DNA from: an uncultured Planctomycetia bacterium
Lineage (GTDB): Bacteria; Omnitrophota; Gorgyraeia; JABMRG01
Assembly (NCBI GenBank): GCA_964634945.1
Contig: CAZWMG010000005.1
Span: 16,306-80,305 of the forward strand
Length of the DNA: 64,000 nt
Direction of reading: 5' to 3'
Position 1 is the first letter of the stretch. Each line of letters starts with the position of its first letter. The translations under genes were made by a program, and so were the position numbers. A model generated the notes under the pieces. That model saw nothing but the letters and a program-made list of their open reading frames with translations, searched no databases and was not told the DNA's origin. Of this stretch, positions 49,919 to 62,240 are shown one piece after another.

Positions 49919-51294
49919 TATTTTTCTTCCTCCAATATGTTTTTTCTACACTGTTTCGGCAATATTGTTGGGTATTTTCTATTAAAACATGCTGTACAAA
50001 ATTTATCTCCGGGAAGAAGCATAGACTCAAGCATCCCATCAAGGCTTATATACTTAAGGCTATCCAGGCCTACAAAATCCCTTATCTGCCTTACGGTGCG
50101 CTTTGACGCTATAAGCTCCTTTTCCGTCGGAAAATCTATACCATAATAACAAGGTGATACAATCGGCGGGCAACTGACCCTCATATGTATCTCCTTTGCA
50201 CCAGCTTCACGAAGTGTCTTTACGCGGCTTCTGCTAGTTGTGCCGCGAACAATAGAATCCTCAACAATAACAACGCGCTTTCCCTTTAGGACATTTTTTA
50301 TGGGGTTGAGTTTTACTCTGACCCTAAAATCCCTTATATGCTGAGTAGGCTGGATAAATGTCCTGCCTACGTAGTGGTTTCGTATCATACCTGCCTCAAA
50401 TGGAAGGCCTGATTCCTCGGCAAAACCTAACGCCGCGTAATTACCGGAATCGGGTATAGGCATAACAATATCCGCTTTTACAGGTGACTCCTTCGCAAGC
50501 TGCGCGCCTAAACGTTTTCTTGTAAGATATACATTTTCACCATATATATTACTATCAGGCCTTGAAAAGTATATAAACTCAAATATGCAGTGAGCGGATC
50601 TTGTTTTGTTAGTAAGGCGCATGCTCTTTAATCCATCCTTATCTATGCAGACAACCTCACCCGGCTTGATATCGCGGATATATTTAGCGTGTATAAGATC
50701 GAGCGCGCACGTCTCACTTGCCAATACATACGCGCCATCGAGCTTACCAAGGCAAAGCGGACGTATTCCAAAACTATCCCTGGCGCCTATCAACGCGCCA
50801 TTTAGCATCATTACAACTGAAAACGCGCCTTGTAACTGTGACAACGCGTCAACAAGGCCCTCTTTGTAATCCTTGTAGCGCAGTTTCGCGAGAAGATGAA
50901 CAATTACCTCAGAATCCATTGTTGTCTGAAATATAGAACCCGCGTCTTCCATCTTATGACAGATATCAGCCGCGTTTGTAAGATTTCCATTGTGCGCTAT
51001 AGCTATATGACCTTTTTTATGTTTCACCAAAAAAGGCTGGATATTCTTAGAGGTACTTGAACCTGTTGTAGAATAGCGCACATGCCCAAGCGCGGTGCTG
51101 CCTTTTAAAGACTTGAGTGTCTTCTCATCAAAGGCATCATTTACAAGCCCCATAGACTGGTGCTGTTTTACTCTTCTTTTATCGTATGAGACTATGCCAA
51201 CACTCTCTTCTCCGCGATGCTGTAAGGCATAAAGCCCTAGATATGTAAGAGAAGCGGCGTCCTTATGTCCATAGATTCCGAATATTCCGCACAT
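49918..51294 (-). CDS. purF: Amidophosphoribosyltransferase
   Basis: [10 protein letters not shown]-terminal Cys, and a C-terminal PRTase domain with CxxC.. [4Fe-4S] cysteines ([22 protein letters not shown]). Confidence 0.95.
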   Translation of the reverse strand: MCGIFGIYGHKDAASLTYLGLYALQHRGEESVGIVSYDKRRVKQHQSMGLVNDAFDEKTLKSLKGSTALGHVRYSTTGSSTSKNIQPFLVKHKKGHIAIAHNGNLTNAADICHKMEDAGSIFQTTMDSEVIVHLLAKLRYKDYKEGLVDALSQLQGAFSVVMMLNGALIGARDSFGIRPLCLGKLDGAYVLASETCALDLIHAKYIRDIKPGEVVCIDKDGLKSMRLTNKTRSAHCIFEFIYFSRPDSNIYGENVYLTRKRLGAQLAKESPVKADIVMPIPDSGNYAALGFAEESGLPFEAGMIRNHYVGRTFIQPTQHIRDFRVRVKLNPIKNVLKGKRVVIVEDSIVRGTTSRSRVKTLREAGAKEIHMRVSCPPIVSPCYYGIDFPTEKELIASKRTVRQIRDFVGLDSLKYISLDGMLESMLLPGDKFCTACFNRKYPTILPKQCRKNILEEEK

Positions 51295-51301
51295 ATTTCC
51301 T

Positions 51302-53506
51302 CTATTTAGCTGTTAAAGCTTTTTCCAATGAATATTTCCAAGTATCCCGCAACCCTGATACGCCTGAGTCTATTACACTCTTGCTATTTACGCTGATCTT
51401 AAGCTTATCACCACCGGTTTTTCCTATAATAGAAAATCCCACATTATGCTTCCGGGCTAGCGCCTCTATCTCCTTCGCGCCGGTTTCATCGGAAGAGATA
51501 ATAACGCGCGACTGTGACTCACCGAATAAAAGAGAGTCCTTCCTTATATCAGAATCCAGATTTATAGACGCGCCAACTATGTTTTGTCCTGACATGCAAC
51601 ATTCGGCTAAGGCAACAGCCAACCCGCCTTCTGAACAATCATGCGCAGACCTTACGAGCCCTTGTTGTATAGATGCTAATACAGCTGTATGGAGAAGAGA
51701 TTCAGCCTCAAGATCAAGCGATGGCGCGTGGCCAGCAACCTTACCATGTAAGACCTTCAAGTATTCGCTTCCGCCAAGTTCATCCCTTGTCTCGCCGAGC
51801 AATATTATAATATCACCATCGCCCTTAAAATACTGCGTAGTTACATCCTTTAGGGATTTTACAATACCTATCATTCCGATTGTCGGTGTCGGGTATATCG
51901 GCCCTTTTGTGCTTTCATTATAAAAAGATACGTTTCCGCTTACAACAGCGGTATCAAATACTTTGCAAGCATCGATGATGCCTTGGATACATTCCTTAAA
52001 ATACCAATATCTGTCAGGTTTTTCCGGATTAGCGAAGTTAAGGCAGTCCGTAACCGCCGCGGGCTCCGCGCCTGAACATATAAGATTTCTCGCTGCCTCC
52101 GCAACAGCTATCTGCGCGCCTCTTTTCGGGCTTAGATAACAGTATCTGGAATTGCAATCTGAAGTAGCTGCCAATGCCTTGTCTCTTCCCTTTAACCTTA
52201 TAACAGCGGCATCGGAACCAGGCAAAACAGTAGTATTTGTCTGCACCATATGATCATACTGCTGATAGACCCATTCCTTGCTTGCTATGGTTAATGACGA
52301 TAAAAGCTTAATAAGGGCCTGTGAACAATCTTCAGGCTCTGATATGGTATTCATATTAAATGAGTTAATCCCATCAAGATACTCAGGCCTCTTTGAAGGC
52401 ATATCGTAAACAGGCGCGCTTGCCAACGAATCAGGCGTAGCCTCCGCTACCATCTCCCCGTTATTCTTTACCCTTACAAGTTTTTCCTCTATAACCTCAC
52501 CGATAATAACACCGTGAAGGTCCCACTTATTAAAGATCGCGCTTATCTCCTCTTCATGGCCTTTTTTGATACAGACAAGCATCCTCTCCTGAGATTCTGA
52601 CATCATAACTTCCCAGGGCTCCATGTTCTCTTCTCTGCGCGGCACCTTCGCGAGCTCTATCTCTATGCCTGAGCCGCCTGCCTCCGCCATCTCACTTGTT
52701 GAACATGTAAGCCCAGCGGCGCCCATATCTTTTATGCCGACAACATAATCCGTCTCAAGCGCCTCAAGCGTAGCCTCTATAAGGCATTTCTCTGTAAACG
52801 GATCCCCTATCTGAACAGCCGGCCTCTTCTCTTCGCCCTTTTTAAATTCCTGGCTCGCGAGCACACTGCATCCGCCGATACCATCTTTACCTGTGCTTGA
52901 GCCGACATACATAATAGTATTACCAACGCCGAATGCCTTTGCCCTGGCAAGTTTGTCTTTATGATTTATACCGATACTCATGCAATTTACAAGGCAATTC
53001 CCTGAGTAGCTTTCATCAAAATATATCTCCCCGCCTACCGTAGGCACGCCTAGGCAATTTCCATAAAACTGTATCCCGTCAACAACACCCCTTAAAAGAT
53101 ATCTGTTGTAAGGCTGGCTTAAGGGCCCGAAACGGAGTGAATTTAAACTTGCTACAGGACGGGCACCGGCTGTAAAAATATCTCTTATGATGCCGCCTAC
53201 ACCTGTAGCGGCGCCTTGCTTTGGCTCTATCTGTGATGGATGATTATGGCTCTCCATCTTGAAGACAATAGCCAGGTCATCTACGATAATACCTCCTGAA
53301 TCCTCGCCGATCAGCGCCTCGTATTTTCCCGTCTTCGGAAGAAGCTTTAACATGTTGCGTGAACGTGGATAACCACAATGCTCGGACCACTCTACGGAAA
53401 ACATCGCGAGCTCCGTAGTGGTCGGTTCGCGCTTTAGAATATCGAGTATCCTCTGATATTCATCGTCTCTTAAGCCTAACGCGGCATAAGTCTCTTTTGT
53501 AATCAT
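51302..53506 (-). CDS. purL: Phosphoribosylformylglycinamidine synthase subunit PurL
   Basis: 734 aa with duplicated AIRS-like domains (ESHNHPSQIEP, DCLNFANPEKP). Confidence 0.95.
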   Translation of the reverse strand: MITKETYAALGLRDDEYQRILDILKREPTTTELAMFSVEWSEHCGYPRSRNMLKLLPKTGKYEALIGEDSGGIIVDDLAIVFKMESHNHPSQIEPKQGAATGVGGIIRDIFTAGARPVASLNSLRFGPLSQPYNRYLLRGVVDGIQFYGNCLGVPTVGGEIYFDESYSGNCLVNCMSIGINHKDKLARAKAFGVGNTIMYVGSSTGKDGIGGCSVLASQEFKKGEEKRPAVQIGDPFTEKCLIEATLEALETDYVVGIKDMGAAGLTCSTSEMAEAGGSGIEIELAKVPRREENMEPWEVMMSESQERMLVCIKKGHEEEISAIFNKWDLHGVIIGEVIEEKLVRVKNNGEMVAEATPDSLASAPVYDMPSKRPEYLDGINSFNMNTISEPEDCSQALIKLLSSLTIASKEWVYQQYDHMVQTNTTVLPGSDAAVIRLKGRDKALAATSDCNSRYCYLSPKRGAQIAVAEAARNLICSGAEPAAVTDCLNFANPEKPDRYWYFKECIQGIIDACKVFDTAVVSGNVSFYNESTKGPIYPTPTIGMIGIVKSLKDVTTQYFKGDGDIIILLGETRDELGGSEYLKVLHGKVAGHAPSLDLEAESLLHTAVLASIQQGLVRSAHDCSEGGLAVALAECCMSGQNIVGASINLDSDIRKDSLLFGESQSRVIISSDETGAKEIEALARKHNVGFSIIGKTGGDKLKISVNSKSVIDSGVSGLRDTWKYSLEKALTAK

Positions 53507-53507
53507 A

Positions 53508-54200
53508 TTAAACCTTTATCTGCTGGAGCATCGATTTAAATATAAGCAGTCCATCCGATGAACCGAGCAGGCCCTCTGAGCTTCTCTCGGGATGAGGCAT
53601 TAGCCCAAGAACATTACCCTGTTTATTTATAATTCCCGCTATATTTGATATTGCGCCATTTGGATTAGACTCTGTATTGACATCGCCTTTCTCATTACAA
53701 TAACGAAATATGACCTGTTTATTATCCTCAAGCTCTTTTAAGCCGCGCTCATCGATATAATAGTTACCCTCATTATGAGCTATGGGTATCTTCATTATCT
53801 GCTTTTCTTCACATCTATTTGTAAAAGCGGTATCCTTGCTCTCCGTTAGTATATTCACATACTTACAGATAAAATGTAGCCCTGTATTGCGATGCATGGC
53901 GCCGGGTAAGAGCCCGGCTTCTAAAAGTATCTGGAAGCCATTACATATGCCTATTACCAGGCCGCCCTTATTCGCGAAATCAACGATAGGCGCCATTAAG
54001 GGCGAGAACTTCGCTATCGCGCCGCACCTTAGATAATCGCCATAACTAAAGCCTCCCGGGATAATAATAGAATCTATATTACCCAGGGACGTCTCTTTAT
54101 GCCAGATATATTTTACAGGCTGCTTAAGAACATCCTTTATAGCATGAAAACAATCATGATCGCAATTCGAACCAGGAAATACTACAACAGCGAAATTCAT
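53508..54200 (-). CDS. purQ: Phosphoribosylformylglycinamidine synthase glutaminase subunit PurQ
   Basis: [14 protein letters not shown] ... GICNGFQIL ... HNEGNY, a class I GATase. Confidence 0.95.
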   Translation of the reverse strand: MNFAVVVFPGSNCDHDCFHAIKDVLKQPVKYIWHKETSLGNIDSIIIPGGFSYGDYLRCGAIAKFSPLMAPIVDFANKGGLVIGICNGFQILLEAGLLPGAMHRNTGLHFICKYVNILTESKDTAFTNRCEEKQIMKIPIAHNEGNYYIDERGLKELEDNKQVIFRYCNEKGDVNTESNPNGAISNIAGIINKQGNVLGLMPHPERSSEGLLGSSDGLLIFKSMLQQIKV

Positions 54201-54232
54201 ATTTTAATCTTTATTTTTGTGGGGTTTAGGTC

Positions 54233-54484
54233 TTAGTTAATAGGCGCTAATTCAAAAGTATAATCTTCAATTACAGAATTTGCAAGAAGTTTTTGACACA
54301 TCTGCTCAACCCTGCTTTTGGCGGCCTCCTTATCATCCATGTCCAACTGAAGGATTACAAGCTTCCCAATGCGGGCCTCTCTTACCTCATTATATTCCAA
54401 TGACTCAAGCGCGTGCTTAATTGTAAGGCCCTGCGGGTCTGCCACTGTCTTTTTTAATGTAATATAAACTTTAGCTTCTAACAT
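54233..54484 (-). CDS. purS: Phosphoribosylformylglycinamidine synthase subunit PurS
   Basis: 83 aa MLEAKVYITLKKTVADPQGLTIKHALESL. Confidence 0.9.
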   Translation of the reverse strand: MLEAKVYITLKKTVADPQGLTIKHALESLEYNEVREARIGKLVILQLDMDDKEAAKSRVEQMCQKLLANSVIEDYTFELAPIN

Positions 54485-54544
54485 CTTGTCCTCTCTATTT
54501 AAGGTTACAAAAGTTACAAAGGTTTAAAAAGTTACAAAGGTTTC

Positions 54545-54557
54545 CGCCGAAGGCGGA
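54545..54557 (-). terminator. Candidate guaA terminator hairpin CCGCC-UUC-GGCGG followed by an interrupted U-run
   Basis: Minus strand has GGATCCGCCTTCGGCGGAAACCTTTGTAACTTTTT. It lies 95 nt 3' of the guaA stop. Confidence 0.4.
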
Positions 54558-54651
54558 TCCTTTATCCTTTATCCTTTATCCTTGTGCCTTGTGCCTAGCA
54601 TCTTGCATCCAGTACTTGGGATTGCTTCGCTTCGCTCGCAAAGACAACGCG

Positions 54652-56193
54652 TTACTCCCACTCAATCGTACTTGGCGGTTTTGATGATATATCATAGACC
54701 ACACGGTTAATGCCCTCAACCTCGTTTATAATCCTATTAGAGACCTTCTCGAGCAACTCATAAGGTAACTCTGCCCAATGGGCCGTCATGGCATCCTCAC
54801 TTGTAACGGCCCGTATCGCCACGGCATTTTCATACGTTCTTTCATCGCCCATTACGCCTACTGTCTTTATAGGAAGCAGTACGCAAAAGACCTGCCACAA
54901 TTTATTATAAAGGCCTGCCTTCTTAATCTCATCTATAAGTATCGAGTCAGCCTCACGAAGTACATCAAGCCTTTTTTTAGTGATCTCATCTATAATCCTT
55001 ACAGCTAGACCCGGCCCTGGAAAAGGATGCCTATGTATCATCTCATCAGGCATGCTAAGTTCTTTTCCGACAAGTCGTACTTCATCCTTAAATAGCTCTT
55101 TTAAGGGCTCTACCAACTTGAAATTCATCTTCTTGGGCAGGCCCCCTACGTTATGATGTGTCTTGATAGTAACAGAAGGCCCTCCAAGCGCGGAGCGCGA
55201 TTCTATAACATCCGGATAGAGAGTGCCTTGAGCTAAAAATTTCATCTTACCAAGTTTTTTAGACTCCTTCTCAAAGACCTCTATAAATACCCTGCCGATT
55301 ACCTTGCGCTTCTTCTCAGGATCCGTTACCCCTTTCAGGGCCTTAAGAAAAATATCAGAGGCATCTATGCATTTTAGGTTTATCTTATAGGCATCTTTAA
55401 AACGTTTTTTAACGAGCCTTGCCTCGTCCTTACGCAGGAGCCCGTTATCAATAAACATGGCAAAGAGCCTCTTGCCGATAGCCTTTTGCAAAAGAACCGC
55501 TAAGACAGATGAATCTACTCCACCGCTTAGGCCGCAGAGGACGCTATCTTTTCCGATATCAGCCTTGAGAGACTTGATAGAGTCTTTCGCGAATGAACGC
55601 ATGGACCAGCTTTTTTTGCATTTTACTACGTCAAATATAAAATTCTTAAATATCTCTTTGCCTTTAGGGGTATGGATCACCTCAGGGTGGAATTGTACGC
55701 CGTAGAGCCCCTTTGATATGTTTGCCATAGCGGATATCTTGGCATTTGGGGTTGAGGCTATTATATTAAAACCTTTGGGCAGTCTTGCTATCTTATCGCC
55801 ATGGCTCATCCATACAACCTCTTTGGATGAAACACCTTTAAAGAACTTGCCCTTGCGCTTTAGAGAAAGATGCGCCTTTCCATATTCCCTCATTTTCGCC
55901 TTCTGCACCCTGCCGCCTAAAAGATGCGCCATAAGCTGGGCGCCATAACATATACCTAATACAGGAATGCCTAAATCAAATATCTGCCTTTCACACAAAG
56001 GGGCCTTTCGCGATGTTACGCTTGAGGGCCCGCCTGAGAGGATAATGGCTTTTGGTTTTTTTAAGATAAGTTTATCTTTAGATATATTATATGGGACTAT
56101 CTCGGAATAGACACCGCACTCTCTGATGCGACGGGCTATGAGATGGGTATATTGAGATCCAAAATCAAGAATAGCTATCCAGTCTTTATCCAT
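54652..56193 (-). CDS. guaA: GMP synthase (glutamine-hydrolysing)
   Basis: GATase ...GICYGAQLM..., ATP-PPase SGGVDSSV, and a C-terminal dimerisation domain ending IEWE. Confidence 0.95.
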   Translation of the reverse strand: MDKDWIAILDFGSQYTHLIARRIRECGVYSEIVPYNISKDKLILKKPKAIILSGGPSSVTSRKAPLCERQIFDLGIPVLGICYGAQLMAHLLGGRVQKAKMREYGKAHLSLKRKGKFFKGVSSKEVVWMSHGDKIARLPKGFNIIASTPNAKISAMANISKGLYGVQFHPEVIHTPKGKEIFKNFIFDVVKCKKSWSMRSFAKDSIKSLKADIGKDSVLCGLSGGVDSSVLAVLLQKAIGKRLFAMFIDNGLLRKDEARLVKKRFKDAYKINLKCIDASDIFLKALKGVTDPEKKRKVIGRVFIEVFEKESKKLGKMKFLAQGTLYPDVIESRSALGGPSVTIKTHHNVGGLPKKMNFKLVEPLKELFKDEVRLVGKELSMPDEMIHRHPFPGPGLAVRIIDEITKKRLDVLREADSILIDEIKKAGLYNKLWQVFCVLLPIKTVGVMGDERTYENAVAIRAVTSEDAMTAHWAELPYELLEKVSNRIINEVEGINRVVYDISSKPPSTIEWE

Positions 56194-56353
56194 AAAGAGG
56201 TCCTTGATTAATTATACGTTGTGTACATTTTTGTTGTAACTCGTAAGGATTAAGGATTAAGCCGCTCGCCAAGGCTCGCTTTAAGTATTAAGAAAAATTT
56301 AATACTTACAACTTACCACTTAATCCTTAATACTCGCTTATTACGCCTCATAC
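56194..56353. repeat. carB-guaA spacer with nested inverted repeats (TAAGGATTAAGGATTAAG ... CTTAATCCTTAATA; AAGTATTAA-gaaaaat-TTAATACTT)
   Basis: Read directly. The outer arms are about 60 nt apart and the inner stem is a perfect 9 bp. Confidence 0.5.
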
Positions 56354-59300
56354 TTAGCAACAGGATGCGGACTTACATGGCTTAAGTTCTTTGTAATAAT
56401 CCTGTAATGATTTTGGAATATTCTTGCTTTTTCTTGCCGCGTCTATACCTTCTACCGTAGCCTCCGCAGCTGCCAATGATGTTATATAAGGTATCTTATG
56501 CTGTATAGCCTTCATCCGTATATAGCTATCATCGTATTTGCCTGTGCGGCCTACCGGCGTATTGACGATAAGATGTATCTCTTTATTTTTTATAGCATCG
56601 GCTATATTGGGCCTTCCTTCGTGCAGTTTCTTTAAAACTGTCGAATCGATACCATTCTCTTTCAGGAACTCTCCTGTCTTAGCCGTGGTATAAATATTAA
56701 ATCCGAGCTTTTTAAAATTATTAGCTATAGCAAGTAGCTCCGGCTTATCCCTATCGGCAACCGTCAACAAGACACTGCCCTCAAGAGGAAGCTTTGCCCC
56801 TGCCGCCTCTTCTGCTTTATAAAATGCCAGGCCAAAGGTATTGGCGATCCCCATAACCTCACCTGTAGCCCTCATCTCCGGGCCCAAGACAGGGTCAACT
56901 TCAGGGAACATATTAAATGGAAATACCGCTTCCTTGACACCGACATAAGGGGTCTCGACATCCACTAATTCAGGGAAGTCCTTTATCTTTTTACCAAGCA
57001 TTACCTGTGTAGTGATATTCGCTAATGGTATATTCTTTATCTTTGATACCAAAGGCACTGTACGTGAAGCGCGCGGATTTGCCTCGATTATATATACCTT
57101 TTCATCGCATATCGCGTACTGTATATTCATAAGCCCTACTACGCCTAGCTCTTTGCCTATCTGAGCTGTATACTTCTTTATGGTATCAAGATGCTCTTTT
57201 TTTATGGTCTTTGTGGGTATAGCGCACGCGGAATCGCCTGAATGGACACCCGCGAGCTCTATATGCTCCATAACCGCGGCGACAAATGTCTCTTCCCCGT
57301 CGCATAAGGCATCCACTTCTGTCTCAACAGCATGCTCTAAGAACCTATCTATAAGCATCGGATGCTCAGGGCTTACATTGATAGCCTTTATAGCGTATCT
57401 GCGCAGCATATCTTCATCATAGACTATCTCCATACCGCGTCCGCCAAGAACAAAAGAAGGGCGCACCATAAGTGGGTAACCTATTTTTTTCGCGATTACA
57501 AGGGCCTCATCCAGGGACATGGCCGTAGCGCTCTCCGGTTGCGGTATATCAAGGGCTATCATCTTCTGTCTAAAGCTCTCTCTGTCCTCAGCGAGCTTGA
57601 TGCTCTCCGGCGTAGTGCCTATAATCTTTACGCCATTGTCTTTTAGTTCCTGCGCGAGGTTCAAAGGAGTCTGTCCTCCAAACTGCACAATAACGCCTTC
57701 CGGCTTTTCTTTTTCATATATACTTAGCACATCCTCTACAGTAAGTGGTTCGAAATATAGTTTGTTTGATGTATCATAATCAGTAGATACTGTCTCAGGA
57801 TTACAATTTACCATAATAGATTCATAACCAGCGTCTCTTAACGCAAATGCCGCGTGGACACATGTATAATCAAATTCAATGCCCTGGCCTATCCTGTTTG
57901 GCCCGCCGCCTAATATCATTATCTTCTTATTTGGCGATACAGGGACTGAATCTTCTCCAATATATGTTGAGTAGTAATAAGCGGCGTTATCCACTCCGCT
58001 TACCGGCACCGCTTCATAGCGTTCGTGCTTTCCTATGGATATTCTTTTCTCTCTTACCTGCTTTTCTTTTATATTGAAAAGGCCCGCTAGGTACCTGTCA
58101 GCAAATCCTAATTCTTTTGCCTTTGCCAGCTCTTGGTCACTAAGCTTGTCCCAGCCCTTCTTTAATATCTCTTCCTCGAAATCTACGAGTTCTTTTATCT
58201 CATTTATAAACCAGGTTCCTATATAGGTAAGATTATGAAGCTCCTCGACAGTAGCGCCTTTTCGCAACGCCTCATACATAATAAAGATACGCTCGCTTGA
58301 AGGGTTGGCAAGTTTATTTTTTAACTGCTCTAACGGAAGGTCCTTAAAGTTTTTTGCTCCTCCAAGTCCATACCTCTTTATCTCCAGAGAGCGTATCGCC
58401 TTCTGGAACGCCTCCTTAAAGGTCTTGCCTATGCTCATTACCTCTCCAACAGCCTTCATCTGCGTGCCGAGTATATCCTTTGCCCCTGGGAATTTTTCAA
58501 ATGCCCATCTCGCGAATTTGATAACAACATAATCACCGCTTGGCGCATACTTTTCCAGTGTTCCTTCTTTCCAGTATGGCATCTCGTCCATTGTAATACC
58601 TGCCGCGAGTTTTGTAGATATTCGCGCAATAGGAAAACCTGTTGCCTTAGAGGCAAGCGCGGATGAGCGCGATGTCCTTGGATTTATCTCGATGACTACA
58701 AGCCTGTCATCAACAGGATTATGCGCATACTGAACATTGGTTCCACCGGTAACTCCTATAGCATCGACTATCTTATATGATAGCTCCTGCATACGATCCT
58801 GAAGGGGCTTTGGCACCGTAAGCATCGGCGCCGTGCAGAAACTATCTCCTGTATGAACCCCCATAGCATCGATATTTTCAATGAAACATACTGTTATCTT
58901 CTGCCCCTTTTCATCCCTTACTACCTCAAGCTCAAGCTCTTCCCAACCGAGCACAGACTCTTCAACCAGGACCTGATGAACAAGACTTACCGAAAGCCCT
59001 CTGGCAACGATAACCCTCAGCTCTTCTACATTATAAGCTATGCCGCCGCCTGTTCCACCCATGGTATATGCCGGCCTTAATACAACCGGGTACTTGAGCT
59101 TTTCCGCGATTTTTTCAGCCTCCTCCACAGAGTGGCATGGTTCTGACTTTGCCATATCAACACCGATCTTATCCATCGTCTCTTTAAAGGCTATTCTATC
59201 CTCACCGCGCTCTATAGCATCAGTCTTTACGCCTATAACCTCTACATTATGCTTTTCAAGGACACCGGATTTAAAAAGGCTCGATGAGAGATTAAGCGCG

Positions 59301-59581
59301 GTCTGTCCTCCAAGATTTGGTAAAAGCGCGTCTGGTTTCTCTATCTCAATAATCTTTTCTATGACTTCAGTGGTCAGGGGCTCAATATAAGTCTTATCGG
59401 CTGTGCCCGGATCCGTCATAATAGTAGCGGGATTTGAATTAACCAAGACTACCTCATAACCTTCTTCCTTTAACGCCCTGCAGGCTTGAGTACCTGAATA
59501 ATCAAATTCGCATGCCTGACCTATTATTATAGGACCTGAACCGATAATCAATATCTTATGTATGTCTTCTCGCTTAGCCAT
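56354..59581 (-). CDS. carB: Carbamoyl-phosphate synthase large subunit (no carA adjacent in this window)
   Basis: 1075 aa with duplicated ATP-grasp halves and an MGS-like C-terminal domain. Confidence 0.95.
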   Translation of the reverse strand: MAKREDIHKILIIGSGPIIIGQACEFDYSGTQACRALKEEGYEVVLVNSNPATIMTDPGTADKTYIEPLTTEVIEKIIEIEKPDALLPNLGGQTALNLSSSLFKSGVLEKHNVEVIGVKTDAIERGEDRIAFKETMDKIGVDMAKSEPCHSVEEAEKIAEKLKYPVVLRPAYTMGGTGGGIAYNVEELRVIVARGLSVSLVHQVLVEESVLGWEELELEVVRDEKGQKITVCFIENIDAMGVHTGDSFCTAPMLTVPKPLQDRMQELSYKIVDAIGVTGGTNVQYAHNPVDDRLVVIEINPRTSRSSALASKATGFPIARISTKLAAGITMDEMPYWKEGTLEKYAPSGDYVVIKFARWAFEKFPGAKDILGTQMKAVGEVMSIGKTFKEAFQKAIRSLEIKRYGLGGAKNFKDLPLEQLKNKLANPSSERIFIMYEALRKGATVEELHNLTYIGTWFINEIKELVDFEEEILKKGWDKLSDQELAKAKELGFADRYLAGLFNIKEKQVREKRISIGKHERYEAVPVSGVDNAAYYYSTYIGEDSVPVSPNKKIMILGGGPNRIGQGIEFDYTCVHAAFALRDAGYESIMVNCNPETVSTDYDTSNKLYFEPLTVEDVLSIYEKEKPEGVIVQFGGQTPLNLAQELKDNGVKIIGTTPESIKLAEDRESFRQKMIALDIPQPESATAMSLDEALVIAKKIGYPLMVRPSFVLGGRGMEIVYDEDMLRRYAIKAINVSPEHPMLIDRFLEHAVETEVDALCDGEETFVAAVMEHIELAGVHSGDSACAIPTKTIKKEHLDTIKKYTAQIGKELGVVGLMNIQYAICDEKVYIIEANPRASRTVPLVSKIKNIPLANITTQVMLGKKIKDFPELVDVETPYVGVKEAVFPFNMFPEVDPVLGPEMRATGEVMGIANTFGLAFYKAEEAAGAKLPLEGSVLLTVADRDKPELLAIANNFKKLGFNIYTTAKTGEFLKENGIDSTVLKKLHEGRPNIADAIKNKEIHLIVNTPVGRTGKYDDSYIRMKAIQHKIPYITSLAAAEATVEGIDAARKSKNIPKSLQDYYKELKPCKSASCC

Positions 59582-59613
59582 ATTATTATCTCCCCGTGTT
59601 TATTAAGTTGGTA

Positions 59614-60723
59614 TTATACCATACTCTCCACATGCTTGGCAATAGCCAAAGATGCCGTTAATCCCGGCGACTCTATCCCAATAAGATTTATAAGGCCCGG
59701 AAGGCCCTTCTTGTCTTCATGAGATATCACAAAATCCCTCTCTTTTTCACCCGGTGCCTGCAATTTAGCGCGCAGGCCTGCCATATCCGGGCTTAAATCC
59801 TCAAGCTCCAAGAATGGCAAGAACCTCTTTGCTGATTTGTAAAAAAGTTCCTTTTTTGATGAATCAATTTCATAATCTATCTTATCCGTATAATAAGCAT
59901 TGGGGCCCAACTTAAGTCCACCACCTAGATCCATAACCGTGTGTATGCCAAGGCTTGTCTCCTTGGGGGTAGGATATATAAGATGATTGAGAGTTCCCGG
60001 TTTTATGTTGCTTACCCTGAAGTATTCACCCTTTGAATAATGCAGTCTGTAATTACTCTTTACAATATCTATGCCAACCATTTGCGCGATTTTATCTGAA
60101 TATAATCCGGCACTATTAATAAGAGTCTTTGTGAGAAGCTTTAGCTCTTCACCATCACTATCAGCTATCTTGATGCTGTAAAGATCATTATCTCTTTTTA
60201 TGCCTATAACCTCGCAACCATAAGCAAAAATAACGCCTCTATTTTTCGCTATATTCTGAAGCCTCTTCATAAGTTGATGGGTGTCAACAATACCTGTTAA
60301 AGGAGAATATATAGCGGCTATAGCGGCTATAGCGGGCTCGATCTTCTTGATCTCTTCGGGGCCTAACATACTTAACTCTTTGAGGCCGTTTAGCTTGCCA
60401 TTGGCAAAAAGTTTTTCAAGTTCAAGCGTTTCCTTATCATCTGTCGCGACTATTAATTTGCCGCACTGTCTGTGGGGAATATTCTGCTCCCGGCAAAACT
60501 GATATAAAAGTTCTCTTCCTTCCACGCATAATTTTGCTTTTAGGGAATTTCTTTTGTAATAGATGCCTGAGTGGATAATCTCGCTGTTGCGGCTTGAAGC
60601 GTCTTGCCCAAAACTATTCTCTTTTTCAATAAGAATAATACTCCTGCCCTTTTGACTTAAAGCAGTAGCGATAGCAAGTCCTACTATCCCCGCACCTATA
60701 ATTATTATATCCGGCTTTTCCAT
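59614..60723 (-). CDS. FAD-dependent oxidoreductase, L-2-hydroxyglutarate oxidase (LhgO)-like
   Basis: IIIIGAGIVGLAIATAL Rossmann N-terminus. 369 aa with a DAO-family layout. Confidence 0.55.
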   Translation of the reverse strand: MEKPDIIIIGAGIVGLAIATALSQKGRSIILIEKENSFGQDASSRNSEIIHSGIYYKRNSLKAKLCVEGRELLYQFCREQNIPHRQCGKLIVATDDKETLELEKLFANGKLNGLKELSMLGPEEIKKIEPAIAAIAAIYSPLTGIVDTHQLMKRLQNIAKNRGVIFAYGCEVIGIKRDNDLYSIKIADSDGEELKLLTKTLINSAGLYSDKIAQMVGIDIVKSNYRLHYSKGEYFRVSNIKPGTLNHLIYPTPKETSLGIHTVMDLGGGLKLGPNAYYTDKIDYEIDSSKKELFYKSAKRFLPFLELEDLSPDMAGLRAKLQAPGEKERDFVISHEDKKGLPGLINLIGIESPGLTASLAIAKHVESMV

Positions 60724-60782
60724 TTAATTTGGGTAAAAAAAATTTGTAATATTCTTTGGTTTAAGACTGTCTTCAAACTAGT

Positions 60783-60838
60783 TTATTAGGGACAGCTACC
60801 AATTATTATAATTTGTAATTGGTAGCTGTCCCTAATAA
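60783..60838. terminator. 23-bp perfect inverted repeat TTATTAGGGACAGCTACCAATTA-(10 nt)-TAATTGGTAGCTGTCCCTAATAA 3' of gdhA
   Basis: Read directly. It lies between the gdhA stop and the start of the LhgO-like gene. No clean U-run follows. Confidence 0.45.
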
Positions 60839-60846
60839 TACGCTAT

Positions 60847-62232
<1,386 letters not shown>

Positions 62233-62240
62233 CTAAAACC

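Noticed and set aside
54541-54600. Short direct repeats (CCTTTAT x3, CCTTGTG x2) considered as a possible CRISPR array.
   Set aside because: The units are 7 nt with no spacers and there is no cas gene nearby. This is a microsatellite-like leader repeat, not CRISPR.
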